Origin: Candidatus Hydrogenedentota bacterium
GTDB lineage: Bacteria > Hydrogenedentota > Hydrogenedentia > Hydrogenedentales > SLHB01
Length of the DNA stretch: 64,000 nucleotides
Assembly: GCA_963668025.2 (NCBI GenBank)
Contig: CAXXTH010000017.1
Span: forward strand, 992,001 to 1,056,000
Direction: 5' to 3'
A program made the translations under genes and the position numbers. Under the pieces are notes generated by a model. That model was not told the DNA's origin, made no database searches, and saw nothing but the letters and a program-made list of their open reading frames with translations. The first letter of the stretch is position 1. Every line of letters starts with the position of its first letter. Below are positions 38,993 to 48,057 of the stretch, piece after piece.

Positions 38993-39147
38993 TTTTAGAC
39001 ATGATTTACATGATGAGACAAGATTTTTAATAGCGAACTCGTTTCCTAAAAAAGCGCGCTCGAGCGCTTCATCGATCCGCTTTCACCTCTGTAAATTATC
39101 ATGGCGGGCTTGTCCAATCTTGTTCATCATGTAAATCATGTCTAAAA
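38993..39147. repeat. Inverted pair of ACATGAT tandem units (about 32-bp IR)
   Basis: TTTTAGACATGATTTACATGATGAGACAAGATT / AATCTTGTTCATCATGTAAATCATGTCTAAAA. Confidence 0.85.
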
Positions 39148-39306
39148 AAAGGCTCTTGCTTCAGTCCGGCAATATGCAACGAGCATTTGAATCAACATTC
39201 AGATGATGAAGAGGAAAAATAATCCAAGCGCATTGAAAAGCTTGCTTCCAACGATTGGGATGCTTAACGTAATACAATCGTCTATGGCAATACTGTGGGG
39301 AATAGC

Positions 39307-40449
39307 ATGGCTCGTTTACTGATTACATCCATCCTCCGCCATACGAAGCCGGAAGAACCATCCGGTTTTCTCAACACAGTGGAACTCGCTTCGGGGATAC
39401 TTACCGGCCGCTGCCCGCTGCCGGAGCCGCCGCATACCCATGCCGATCCGAATCCACGTGGGGGCATGCGGGGTGCGAAGGGCATTACGCTGCTGCCCGA
39501 TGGCGTGCTAGTGGCGAACCATAGCGAAGTGTTCGACTTCGATACGGCATGGCGCATCCGGCGGGTCATGTCGCATCCCTCGTGTTCGGGGATTCATGAC
39601 ATCCTGTATCAGAGCGGCGAACTGTGGATCACCTCTTCACGCAATGACCTCGTGTTCGTGTTCGGGCTGGATGGCGGGCTGCGGCGGGTAGTCAATTTAC
39701 GGGCGGAGAAAGCCGTGCGCCAGGCGCTGGGCTGGGGCGCGCCGAATCTGCTCGATGAACAGGCCATCGCGGAGGGCCGCATCGATTTCCGCGACCCGCG
39801 CACGCATACCTATGAAACCTATGATGGCGCGCATGTGAACAGCCTGGCCATGCTGCCGAGCGGCGATATCTTGATTATGATGGGCTTGGTATGGACGCGC
39901 TCGATGACGCGCTTGTTCACGCTCAAGAAATATTTGAAGCGCTGGCATTTGTGGGAGCCCCTGGTGGCGGCGAACAAAGCCGCCGCATGCGCCTTGGGCC
40001 TCAAGAAGCAACTGAACACGGACATGGCCTTTCACGCCGCCACGGGCCAGGCGGCGGTCGTGCGCGTGCATCCCGAGGGCCGGGTGTCCGTGCCGCTCGT
40101 GTTGCGCCAGTGCAACACGCCCGTGCATAGCCTCCTGGCCGAACCGGATGGGACGGTCCTTTTCGATGACACCAGCGCGGGGGATATCGTGCGGTTTCAT
40201 CCCGATACGGGCGCGATTCTGGCTCGGACGCCCATCGGCGAGCCGTTTTTACGGGGTTTGGCGCGGGTGTCTGAGCGCGAAGTGGTGGCGGGCGGCGTGC
40301 GGGGCATCTACCTAGTGGAACTCGAAGCGGGCCAGGTGGTTCAGCGCATTCCGCTGTTCGAGAATCCCAACGAATCGGTTTACGATATCAAGGTGCTGCC
40401 GGATACGTTCCATTCATTGCCAGAAGCCTTGGCGCGTGAGGATGTTTGA
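39307..40449 (+). CDS. Beta-propeller protein of unknown function
   Basis: IHDI, HVNSL, PVHSL, FLRGL and VYDI motifs recall propeller proteins found in glycan loci. Confidence 0.55.
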   Translation: MARLLITSILRHTKPEEPSGFLNTVELASGILTGRCPLPEPPHTHADPNPRGGMRGAKGITLLPDGVLVANHSEVFDFDTAWRIRRVMSHPSCSGIHDILYQSGELWITSSRNDLVFVFGLDGGLRRVVNLRAEKAVRQALGWGAPNLLDEQAIAEGRIDFRDPRTHTYETYDGAHVNSLAMLPSGDILIMMGLVWTRSMTRLFTLKKYLKRWHLWEPLVAANKAAACALGLKKQLNTDMAFHAATGQAAVVRVHPEGRVSVPLVLRQCNTPVHSLLAEPDGTVLFDDTSAGDIVRFHPDTGAILARTPIGEPFLRGLARVSEREVVAGGVRGIYLVELEAGQVVQRIPLFENPNESVYDIKVLPDTFHSLPEALAREDV

Positions 40450-40450
40450 T

Positions 40451-41626
40451 ATGGCTCGTGCGGTCTATCTGTCTCCCGGTTCGAGCATGCTTGCCGGGCA
40501 CTGGCTGCGCCAAAGCGGCGCCGAAGGCGAAATCGTCCTCCTTGCGCCTGATGCGGCTCGAAGCGAGGCCGAAGACCTGCGCGCGCGCTATCCGCGTATG
40601 GTCCGCGTGGCCGGTTTTCCGGGCGAGCCCCTTGATGCCGCCCTGCTCGAGGAAGGCGTGGCCATTCCCGCCGCGCCCGGAATGTCCGTCTTGCGATTCC
40701 AGCCCAGCGTACGCATTCCCGATTGGAATCCCCTGTTTCCCGTGTTCCGCGCTTTATGGCTCAAGGGTTTTCGCCGCTTCACCGTCTGCACGCCCGCCGG
40801 GGCGCGCACGGTTGAAATCCCGCATATGCTCGATGCCTTCCAGGGCGTTCATGCGGGAAAACGCTGTTTCGTGGCGGGCAATGGCCCCAGCCTGAACGCC
40901 ATCGACATGGCGCGTTTGAACGGCGAGATCACCTTCGGCGCGAACCGGTGTTTTCTGGGGTATCCGGCATGGGGGTATTCATTCACCTATTGGGGCATCA
41001 TGGACCGTGTCCAGATCGAGGAATACGGTCCGGAGTATGAAGAGAACGCACGGGCGGAAAGCGTGAATTTTCTGCCGTTCGAATACTTGCCTTGGATGAA
41101 CACCCCGAACGCATGCCCGGTGCATTTCGACTACGAATGGCGATTGCCGCCTCGGTTCTCCGAGCAGCCGGACGTGCTGCATCAAGGCTATTCGGTCGTA
41201 TATATGCTGATCCAGATCGCCGCGTACATGGGCTGCAATCCGATCATCGTGATCGGCATGGACCACCGCTACAATCTGCGCCGCACCTGGCGGCCCTTGG
41301 AACGGATGCGGGGCGAACTGGCCCAGCGGCTGCATGATACGCGCTTGTACCGGTTCTATCAGCTATGGCGTTCTTCAACCCGCGCGGAAGGGGCAGCCGC
41401 TCCCAGCAGCCACTATTGGGAAGCGCGGGACGCTACAAAACCCACCCATTTCACCCGCGAATACACCCACGAGAAGCATTTCGCCCGGCCTCATCCGGAA
41501 CGCACCGAGGCGGCCATGGCGGCGGCGTCGCGCTGGGCAGAGGCGCATGACATTCAGATCCTCAACGCCACACCCGATAGTGCGTTGAAGGCGTTTCCGC
41601 TGGTCCCGTTTTCGAGCTTGTTCTGA
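40451..41626 (+). CDS. Maf/DUF115-like putative glycosyltransferase
   Basis: GKRCFVAGNGPSL, FGANR, IQIAAYMGCNPIIVIGMD, ILNATPDSALKAFP. Confidence 0.75.
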   Translation: MARAVYLSPGSSMLAGHWLRQSGAEGEIVLLAPDAARSEAEDLRARYPRMVRVAGFPGEPLDAALLEEGVAIPAAPGMSVLRFQPSVRIPDWNPLFPVFRALWLKGFRRFTVCTPAGARTVEIPHMLDAFQGVHAGKRCFVAGNGPSLNAIDMARLNGEITFGANRCFLGYPAWGYSFTYWGIMDRVQIEEYGPEYEENARAESVNFLPFEYLPWMNTPNACPVHFDYEWRLPPRFSEQPDVLHQGYSVVYMLIQIAAYMGCNPIIVIGMDHRYNLRRTWRPLERMRGELAQRLHDTRLYRFYQLWRSSTRAEGAAAPSSHYWEARDATKPTHFTREYTHEKHFARPHPERTEAAMAAASRWAEAHDIQILNATPDSALKAFPLVPFSSLF

Positions 41627-41683
41627 ACCCGCTTAGAAATACGGAACGGATATGAAAACGGATGAATAGTCTTGTTAATCAAT

Positions 41684-42358
41684 CTACGAATGCTCTCCGT
41701 ATTCCCGTATCAATTGACCCGCCCATACAAACAACGGCTCCGAGAACTGTTCAAAATCTATATCCTGAGTTTGTTCTTTGAGCTTGGCCGAGGCCTCGAG
41801 TATGTGTTGTTCCCGTGGAGGCAGCAGCGTCAGCAGCTCCTTTTTCGTCTTGATATAGACGCCCGCGCGTTCAAAATAAACGGCCTGCACCACAAAGACC
41901 GCCGCCTTATATAGAGATTTCAGAATTCCCAAATCCTTTTCATGTACGATGTTGTGGCCGCACATATGATACATATTGCATGCGCCAATCCGAATGGCGC
42001 GCCGGATATCCTCCTTCTTGAGCATCGGACGCAAGTAGTCAATGCTTCCATAAAGTGGCGTTGTATCATGGTAAAACTGAAACAGATCGGATTTTTCCCA
42101 ATCCATGAGTTCCTGTTTGCCTGAGATGAACCCGCAGACTTTATCCCGATAAGGCAATGCTGAAATAGCATCATCATACGATCTCAGGTCCTGTACTGTT
42201 GCTTCGTCCAGAATGACCACCACGTCGATGTCGCTGTCTGCTGTAGCTTCGTTCCGGCCATAACTGCCCTGCAAACCCACAAACACCAGCCGCTCTCCAA
42301 ACAGCTCTTTTACCGTCTGAATATATTGTTGAATCCAAATGCCGATATCGAAACTCAT
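41684..42358 (-). CDS. Pol-beta superfamily nucleotidyltransferase domain protein
   Basis: GSYGRNEATADSDIDVVVILD motif (GS...DxD). CAGGAG RBS. Confidence 0.85.
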   Translation of the reverse strand: MSFDIGIWIQQYIQTVKELFGERLVFVGLQGSYGRNEATADSDIDVVVILDEATVQDLRSYDDAISALPYRDKVCGFISGKQELMDWEKSDLFQFYHDTTPLYGSIDYLRPMLKKEDIRRAIRIGACNMYHMCGHNIVHEKDLGILKSLYKAAVFVVQAVYFERAGVYIKTKKELLTLLPPREQHILEASAKLKEQTQDIDFEQFSEPLFVWAGQLIREYGEHS

Positions 42359-42558
42359 GGAATTCTCCTGTTTTTGCCATTACCCGATCTGACATAAGTT
42401 ATGCGCACTGCACATTTCCGCCATGCCAGTAGCGTGATTTCCCCTGATCGCGTAGATAGTGGGATGCTTGCGAGCCGGTGCATACAAATACTGCATATTT
42501 TCATGCTCATTCATTCCAGGCCGCCGCATGATTCCTTTCACCTATTTAGTGAGATCAC

Positions 42559-42585
42559 ATGGCATGGGCGTCCCACCCATGCCAT
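42559..42585. repeat. REP family A
   Basis: ATGGCATGGGCG TCC CACCCATGCCAT. Confidence 0.8.
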
Positions 42586-42845
42586 GTAGAGTGCATATAT
42601 CCTTTTTATCCGGCGATATGGGATCGATGCGAGCTTGCGTTCCGACGCGGCCTTAGGTATACTCAGTATACTTTATAAACATTTGGCCCTTTCTACTCGT
42701 GTGAACGGAAACTACAAGATATTGGGTTATTCGATCATCGTTCTAGTTTCGTTTATGTTTTTCGATGTGAAAAAGCAGGCCTGTTTGCCGTTCTGTTTTT
42801 TGATATACTGATCAGTGCTGCGGATACGTCAATTAGGGGAATGAC

Positions 42846-43814
42846 ATGAAGCGATTCCTTGCGAAACACTCGCCGCTTGTAATTTTTGCCGTATTGTGTA
42901 TTGTGCTGGCGTTTCTGAGTGAGAATTTCGGCAGCGCATCCAACCTGCAAAGCGTGTCGATGCGCACCTGTGTGGTGTCCATTGTGGCGGTGGGCCAGGT
43001 GTTGGTCATTATTTCGGGCGGCATCGATCTTTCCGTGGGAAGCGTGGCGGCGTTGGGGGGCATCATGGCCGCATGGGTCATGAACAGTGCTTGTTGGGGT
43101 GGAGCGGGCGTTCATCCGCTGTCGCAAACCATCGCGGGGGTGTTGGCCGGGGCAGGCGCGGGTATGTTGTGCGGGCTGCTCAATGGCCTGTTGGTGACCG
43201 CGGGGCGCATCCCGCCATTCATCGCCACGCTGGGCATGATGATGGCGGCGCGCGGAGTGGCGTTGCTGGTGGCGGGCGGCAGCCCGATTTATAATTCGCC
43301 CGTGCCGTACCGGTATCTTGGCGGCACCCGGGGCTGGTGGATTCCGGTGGTGATCGCGGGAGGCATCATGCTGGTGTTCGCCATCGCGCTGGCCACGACT
43401 CGTTTTGGACGGCATCTGTTCGCCACGGGCGGAAATGCCTTGAGCGCGCGGCTGAGCGGCATCCGGGTGGACAGGGTCCGGCTGGCGGCCTATTCCCTAT
43501 GCGGCCTGCTCGCTGGTTTTGCGGGCTGCGTGCTCGCTTCGCGTACGGGCATTGCTGATCCCACGGCGGCGGAGGGCATGGAGCTGGACGCCATCGCGGC
43601 TTGCGTGATTGGAGGCGCGAGTCTGATGGGCGGAGAAGGCGGTGCGATTGGAACCGTGGCGGGCGCGCTGATCATGAACGTGCTGGTCAATTATTGCAAC
43701 CTGGAGAACATCGATTCCTATTGGCAGAAAGTGCTGATTGGCGTATTGATAGTAGCGCTGGTGTGTTACGACACGTATCGCAAACGCCGGGCAGGGCTGT
43801 TGCGGGATGAATAA
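42846..43814 (+). CDS. Sugar ABC transporter permease (RbsC-like), orphan
   Basis: GGIDLSVGS, IPPFIATLG, FGRHLFATGGN..SARLSGI, ELDAIAACVIGGASLMGG. Confidence 0.95.
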   Translation: MKRFLAKHSPLVIFAVLCIVLAFLSENFGSASNLQSVSMRTCVVSIVAVGQVLVIISGGIDLSVGSVAALGGIMAAWVMNSACWGGAGVHPLSQTIAGVLAGAGAGMLCGLLNGLLVTAGRIPPFIATLGMMMAARGVALLVAGGSPIYNSPVPYRYLGGTRGWWIPVVIAGGIMLVFAIALATTRFGRHLFATGGNALSARLSGIRVDRVRLAAYSLCGLLAGFAGCVLASRTGIADPTAAEGMELDAIAACVIGGASLMGGEGGAIGTVAGALIMNVLVNYCNLENIDSYWQKVLIGVLIVALVCYDTYRKRRAGLLRDE

Positions 43815-43822
43815 TCTTAATC

Positions 43823-43845
43823 GTATCATGGGCGTCCCGCCCATG
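43823..43845 (+). repeat. REP family A
   Basis: GTAT CATGGGCG TCC CGCCCATG. Confidence 0.85.
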
Positions 43846-44017
43846 CCAGCCGGGCCGCGATGCCGTTTAGCTGCGCCATGATGCGCTAAAGATTTTGCTG
43901 CGAATGCCCTGTTTTTCTAGATGCGGCGATGCCTCAAGAAAAAGTTGGCATTCTATATGCTTTTTATGGTATTATACAGTTTCCGTTACAGGAAGCCGCG
44001 AAGCCGGATATACAGGC

Positions 44018-44046
44018 TTGACAAAGCAATATGAGTATGCTAACGT
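44018..44046 (+). promoter_or_regulatory. Sigma-70 promoter for rpoB
   Basis: TTGACA-17 bp-TAACGT with extended -10 TG. Confidence 0.65.
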
Positions 44047-44189
44047 TGCCGTTTGTGCGTCCAATGATATCCAATAGGTCTTTTCGAGAGGCCCGAGTTT
44101 TTCTCGGGGCTCTCTTCGTGTGTCTGTTCAGCGCCGTGGCCTAGGCAGGTTACAGGTGCGCACTAACCAAACCACGAGGGGTTAACCGC

Positions 44190-47100
44190 ATGGCTGTCGC
44201 TCCCCAAATAACTCGAGGGCGTCCTTCTTTGGGCCGTATACCGGACCAGATGGATCTCCCCGACCTGATTGAAATTCAGACCAAGTCGTACGCGGATTTC
44301 CTTCAATGGGAAGTGCCGCCCGAAGAGCGCCATCCGATCGGGCTCCAGGAGGTATTCCTGGACGTGTTTCCCATCTCATCGCCAGACGGCATGACGCGCC
44401 TGGAGTTTGTCTACTATTCTTTTACGCCGCCGAAATACACGGTGCAGGAGTGCCAAGAGCGCGGGCTTACCTATGCGGCCTCGCTGAAGGCGTTGCTGCG
44501 CCTGGTGCGGTATGAGGAAGTCGGAAGCTCGGGCGAAATGCGCGAGCGGCTGATGGTCGAGCAGGAAGTATTCTTGGGCGAACTGCCCATGATGACGCCT
44601 ACGGGCACTTTCATCATTAATGGCGCGGAGCGCGTGATTGTAAGCCAGCTCCATAAATCGCCGGGCGTGTCCTTCGAGACCAAGCTGCACCAGAATGGGC
44701 GTTCGCTGCTCACCGCGCGTATCATCCCGTATCGCGGCGCATGGCTCGAATTTGAATATGATATTAACGATATTCTGTGGCTGACGATTGACCGGCGTTC
44801 GCGCATTCTCGCCACGGCTTTTCTTCGTGCTTTCGGATTCCAGGATAACGCGGGCATTCTCCAGCTTTTCTACAAAATGGAGACCGCTATTCTGGGCCGC
44901 ACCCGTGTGAAAATTGACACCAAATCCATCGGAGTCGAGGAGTTGGTGGGCCGCATACTGGGCGAAGACGCCGTCGATGACGAAACGGGCGAGATTCTGG
45001 CCGAAGCGGGCGATGAACTGAACCAGGCCGCCGTGGACCGCTTGTTAGCCTCCACCGCAAAAGAGATTCAGCTTCTTCGCCATGAGGATGTCACCAAGGA
45101 TTCCTCGATCATCCATACGCTGGCGCTGGATAACACCCAGACAGAAGAAGACGCCCATCGCGAGATTTACGCGCGTATCCGCCCCGGCGATCCGGCCACG
45201 GACGCCACGACGCGCAACTTCTTCCAGAAGCTGTTTTTTGATGCCAGCCGTTACGATTTCGCGTCGGTTGGACGTTATAAGATCAACCGCAAGTTGGGTT
45301 TGCGTATTTCGCAAGAGATCAAAACCCTCACGAAAGAAGATGTGATCGCCACGCTGCAATACCTGGTGCGCCTGCGCACGGGTGAGGGCGTGCTCGATGA
45401 TATCGACCATTTGGGCAACCGCCGTGTGCGCGCCGTGGGCGAATTGCTGGGCAACCAAGTCCGCATCGGCCTGGTGCGCATGGAGCGCACGGTCCGCGAG
45501 CGGATGAACTTCCAAGAAGAAGATCAGCTTACACCCCAGAGCTTGGTGAATCCCAAACCGGTGAGTGCGGTCATCAAGGATTTCTTTGGCCGCAGCCAGC
45601 TCAGCCATTTCATGGACCAGATCAATCCCCTTGCCGAGCTGACGCACAAGCGCCGTCTGAGCGCGTTGGGCCCGGGCGGCTTGAGCCGGGATCGCGCCGG
45701 ATTCGAGGTGCGCGACGTACACGCCACGCACTATGGCCGTATTTGCCCCATCGAGACCCCTGAAGGCCCGAACATCGGTTTGATGGCGTCCTTATCGACC
45801 TATGCCCGCATCAACGAGTATGGCTTTTTGGAAACGCCGTATACGAAGGTCGAGAATGGGTCGGTCACGCACACCATCGAAATGCTTTCGGCCTACGATG
45901 AAGATAATTATATCATCGCCCAGGCCAATGAACCCGTTGACAAACGGGGCCGCTTCAGCAATGCGCAAGTGCTGGCGCGCCGCCGGGGCGATGTCCCGCG
46001 CGTCGAGCCGGAGCAAGTGGACTACATGGACGTGTCGCCCAAGCAGTTGGTAAGTGTGGCGGCCGCCTTGATCCCCTTCCTCGAGCATGACGACGCGAAC
46101 CGCGCCCTCATGGGTTCGAACATGCAGCGCCAAGCGGTGCCGCTGTTGCGCGCCGAATCCCCCTATGTGGGCACGGGCCTCGAACATGTGACCGCTAAAA
46201 ACGCCGGTACGGTCGTCAAAGCCGACCGCCCTGGCGTGGTCGAATATGCGGACGGCGAAGTGATCCGCGTCCGCCATATCGCTGCGGGAAAAGAGAAAGA
46301 CGAGAATCCTTTCCGGGCGGATGAAGATGTGTACCGCCTGAAAAAGTACGTGCGCTCGAATCAAAACACCTGCATTAACCAGCGTCCCATCGTTCAAAAA
46401 GGCGATGTCGTCGAAGCGGGGCAGATTATCGCGGATGGCCCGGCGGCGGATCATGGCGAGCTGGCCCTTGGACGCAACGTGCTTGTGGCGTTCGTGCCTT
46501 GGGAAGGATACAACTTCGAAGACGCCATCCTCATTAGCGAGGATTTGGTGAAAGAAGACACCTTCACCTCGATTCATATCCAGGTGTTCGATATCGAAGC
46601 CCGCGACACCAAGCTGGGTCCCGAGGAAGTCACCCGCGATATTCCGAATGTCAGTGAAGACGCCCTCAAGAATCTCGATGAGAGCGGCGTAGTGCGCATT
46701 GGCGCAAAAGTGAAGCATGGCGATATTCTGGTCGGCAAGGTTACTCCGAAAGGCGAGACCGAGCTTGCTCCCGAAGAAAAGCTCCTGCGTGCTATTTTCG
46801 GTGAAAAGGCCGAAGATGTGCGTGATGCCTCTCTCACGGTGCCGCCAGGTTGTGAAGGCGTGGTGGTGGATGTCAAAGTGTGCAGCCGCCGCGACAAAGG
46901 TTCGGATAATGCGGCCAAGAACTCGTTGACCGCCCAAGTGACGCGCCTCAAGCGGGAATACCAAGACCAGATCAACGCCATTCGCGATACGTTCGTGCGC
47001 TTGATGAAAGATGACCTCATTGGCCGCAAGATCCTCGAGGATGTCGTCGATCATAAAACCGATGAGCTGGTGCTCGAAAAGAACAAGAAGGTCAAGGTTT

Positions 47101-48053
47101 CCCATATCGAGAAGGCCGAATATAGCGTCCTGGCCCGCTTGCGCATGGAAGACAAGAAAATACAAGAAAAGCTTACCCGCTTGGTGAATATGGCGGCCAT
47201 GGAAGAGGCCAAGCTGGTGGCGTTCCGCGATAGCAAAATCGAAACGCTCCGCAAAGGCGATGAACTGCCTCCCGGCGTGATCAAGCTGGTGAAGGTGTTT
47301 GTGGCCACGAAACGCCGCCTTTCCGTGGGCGATAAAATGGCCGGGCGCCACGGCAATAAGGGCGTTATCTCGCGGATTATGGCTGTGGAAGATATGCCGT
47401 TCCTGCCAGATGGAACGCCTGTGCAGATTGTGTTGAATCCGCTGGGCGTGCCTTCGCGCATGAATGTGGGCCAGGTGCTCGAAACGCACTTGGGCTGGGC
47501 AGTCAAACAGCTTGGATTCAAAGTGGCTACGCCGGTGTTCAACGGCGCTTCCGAAGAGGTGATACGGGAATACCTCCGCAAGGCGGGCTTGCCGGAATCG
47601 GGCAAGACCAAACTGCTGGATGGACGCACGGGACGAAGATTCGACCAAGAGGTGACGGTCGGCCAAATCTACATGATGAAGCTGAATCACTTGGTCGATG
47701 ACAAGATTCACGCGCGCGCCATCGGGCCGTATTCGCTCGTGACGCAGCAGCCACTCGGCGGTAAAGCCCAGTTCGGCGGCCAGCGTTTCGGCGAAATGGA
47801 AGTGTGGGCGCTTCAAGCGTATGGCTCCGCCTATACGCTGCAAGAATTACTGACCGTGAAGTCGGACGATATTCAGGGCCGCACGAAGGCTTATGAGGCC
47901 ATCGTAAAGGGCGACAAAGATGTCGAGCCTGGCACGCCAGAATCGTTTAATGTGCTTATTCGAGAGATGCAAAGCCTTTGCCTGGACGTAATTAAGCTGG
48001 TCCGGGTTGAGGATGGCAGCGAAGGTGACGAAGAAGAAACGCTGGAGGGCTAA
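44190..48053 (+). CDS. rpoB: RNA polymerase beta subunit
   Basis: [42 protein letters not shown]. Confidence 0.99.
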   Translation: MAVAPQITRGRPSLGRIPDQMDLPDLIEIQTKSYADFLQWEVPPEERHPIGLQEVFLDVFPISSPDGMTRLEFVYYSFTPPKYTVQECQERGLTYAASLKALLRLVRYEEVGSSGEMRERLMVEQEVFLGELPMMTPTGTFIINGAERVIVSQLHKSPGVSFETKLHQNGRSLLTARIIPYRGAWLEFEYDINDILWLTIDRRSRILATAFLRAFGFQDNAGILQLFYKMETAILGRTRVKIDTKSIGVEELVGRILGEDAVDDETGEILAEAGDELNQAAVDRLLASTAKEIQLLRHEDVTKDSSIIHTLALDNTQTEEDAHREIYARIRPGDPATDATTRNFFQKLFFDASRYDFASVGRYKINRKLGLRISQEIKTLTKEDVIATLQYLVRLRTGEGVLDDIDHLGNRRVRAVGELLGNQVRIGLVRMERTVRERMNFQEEDQLTPQSLVNPKPVSAVIKDFFGRSQLSHFMDQINPLAELTHKRRLSALGPGGLSRDRAGFEVRDVHATHYGRICPIETPEGPNIGLMASLSTYARINEYGFLETPYTKVENGSVTHTIEMLSAYDEDNYIIAQANEPVDKRGRFSNAQVLARRRGDVPRVEPEQVDYMDVSPKQLVSVAAALIPFLEHDDANRALMGSNMQRQAVPLLRAESPYVGTGLEHVTAKNAGTVVKADRPGVVEYADGEVIRVRHIAAGKEKDENPFRADEDVYRLKKYVRSNQNTCINQRPIVQKGDVVEAGQIIADGPAADHGELALGRNVLVAFVPWEGYNFEDAILISEDLVKEDTFTSIHIQVFDIEARDTKLGPEEVTRDIPNVSEDALKNLDESGVVRIGAKVKHGDILVGKVTPKGETELAPEEKLLRAIFGEKAEDVRDASLTVPPGCEGVVVDVKVCSRRDKGSDNAAKNSLTAQVTRLKREYQDQINAIRDTFVRLMKDDLIGRKILEDVVDHKTDELVLEKNKKVKVSHIEKAEYSVLARLRMEDKKIQEKLTRLVNMAAMEEAKLVAFRDSKIETLRKGDELPPGVIKLVKVFVATKRRLSVGDKMAGRHGNKGVISRIMAVEDMPFLPDGTPVQIVLNPLGVPSRMNVGQVLETHLGWAVKQLGFKVATPVFNGASEEVIREYLRKAGLPESGKTKLLDGRTGRRFDQEVTVGQIYMMKLNHLVDDKIHARAIGPYSLVTQQPLGGKAQFGGQRFGEMEVWALQAYGSAYTLQELLTVKSDDIQGRTKAYEAIVKGDKDVEPGTPESFNVLIREMQSLCLDVIKLVRVEDGSEGDEEETLEG

Positions 48054-48057
48054 GACC

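Noticed and set aside
10255-43845. CRISPR array suggested by recurring palindromic repeats
   Set aside because: Copies are dispersed singly or as inverted doublets, with no regular repeat-spacer periodicity and no cas genes.
45792-47843. 683-aa antisense ORF and other long opposite-strand ORFs
   Set aside because: Shadow ORFs of rpoB and other GC-rich genes, with no recognisable motifs.
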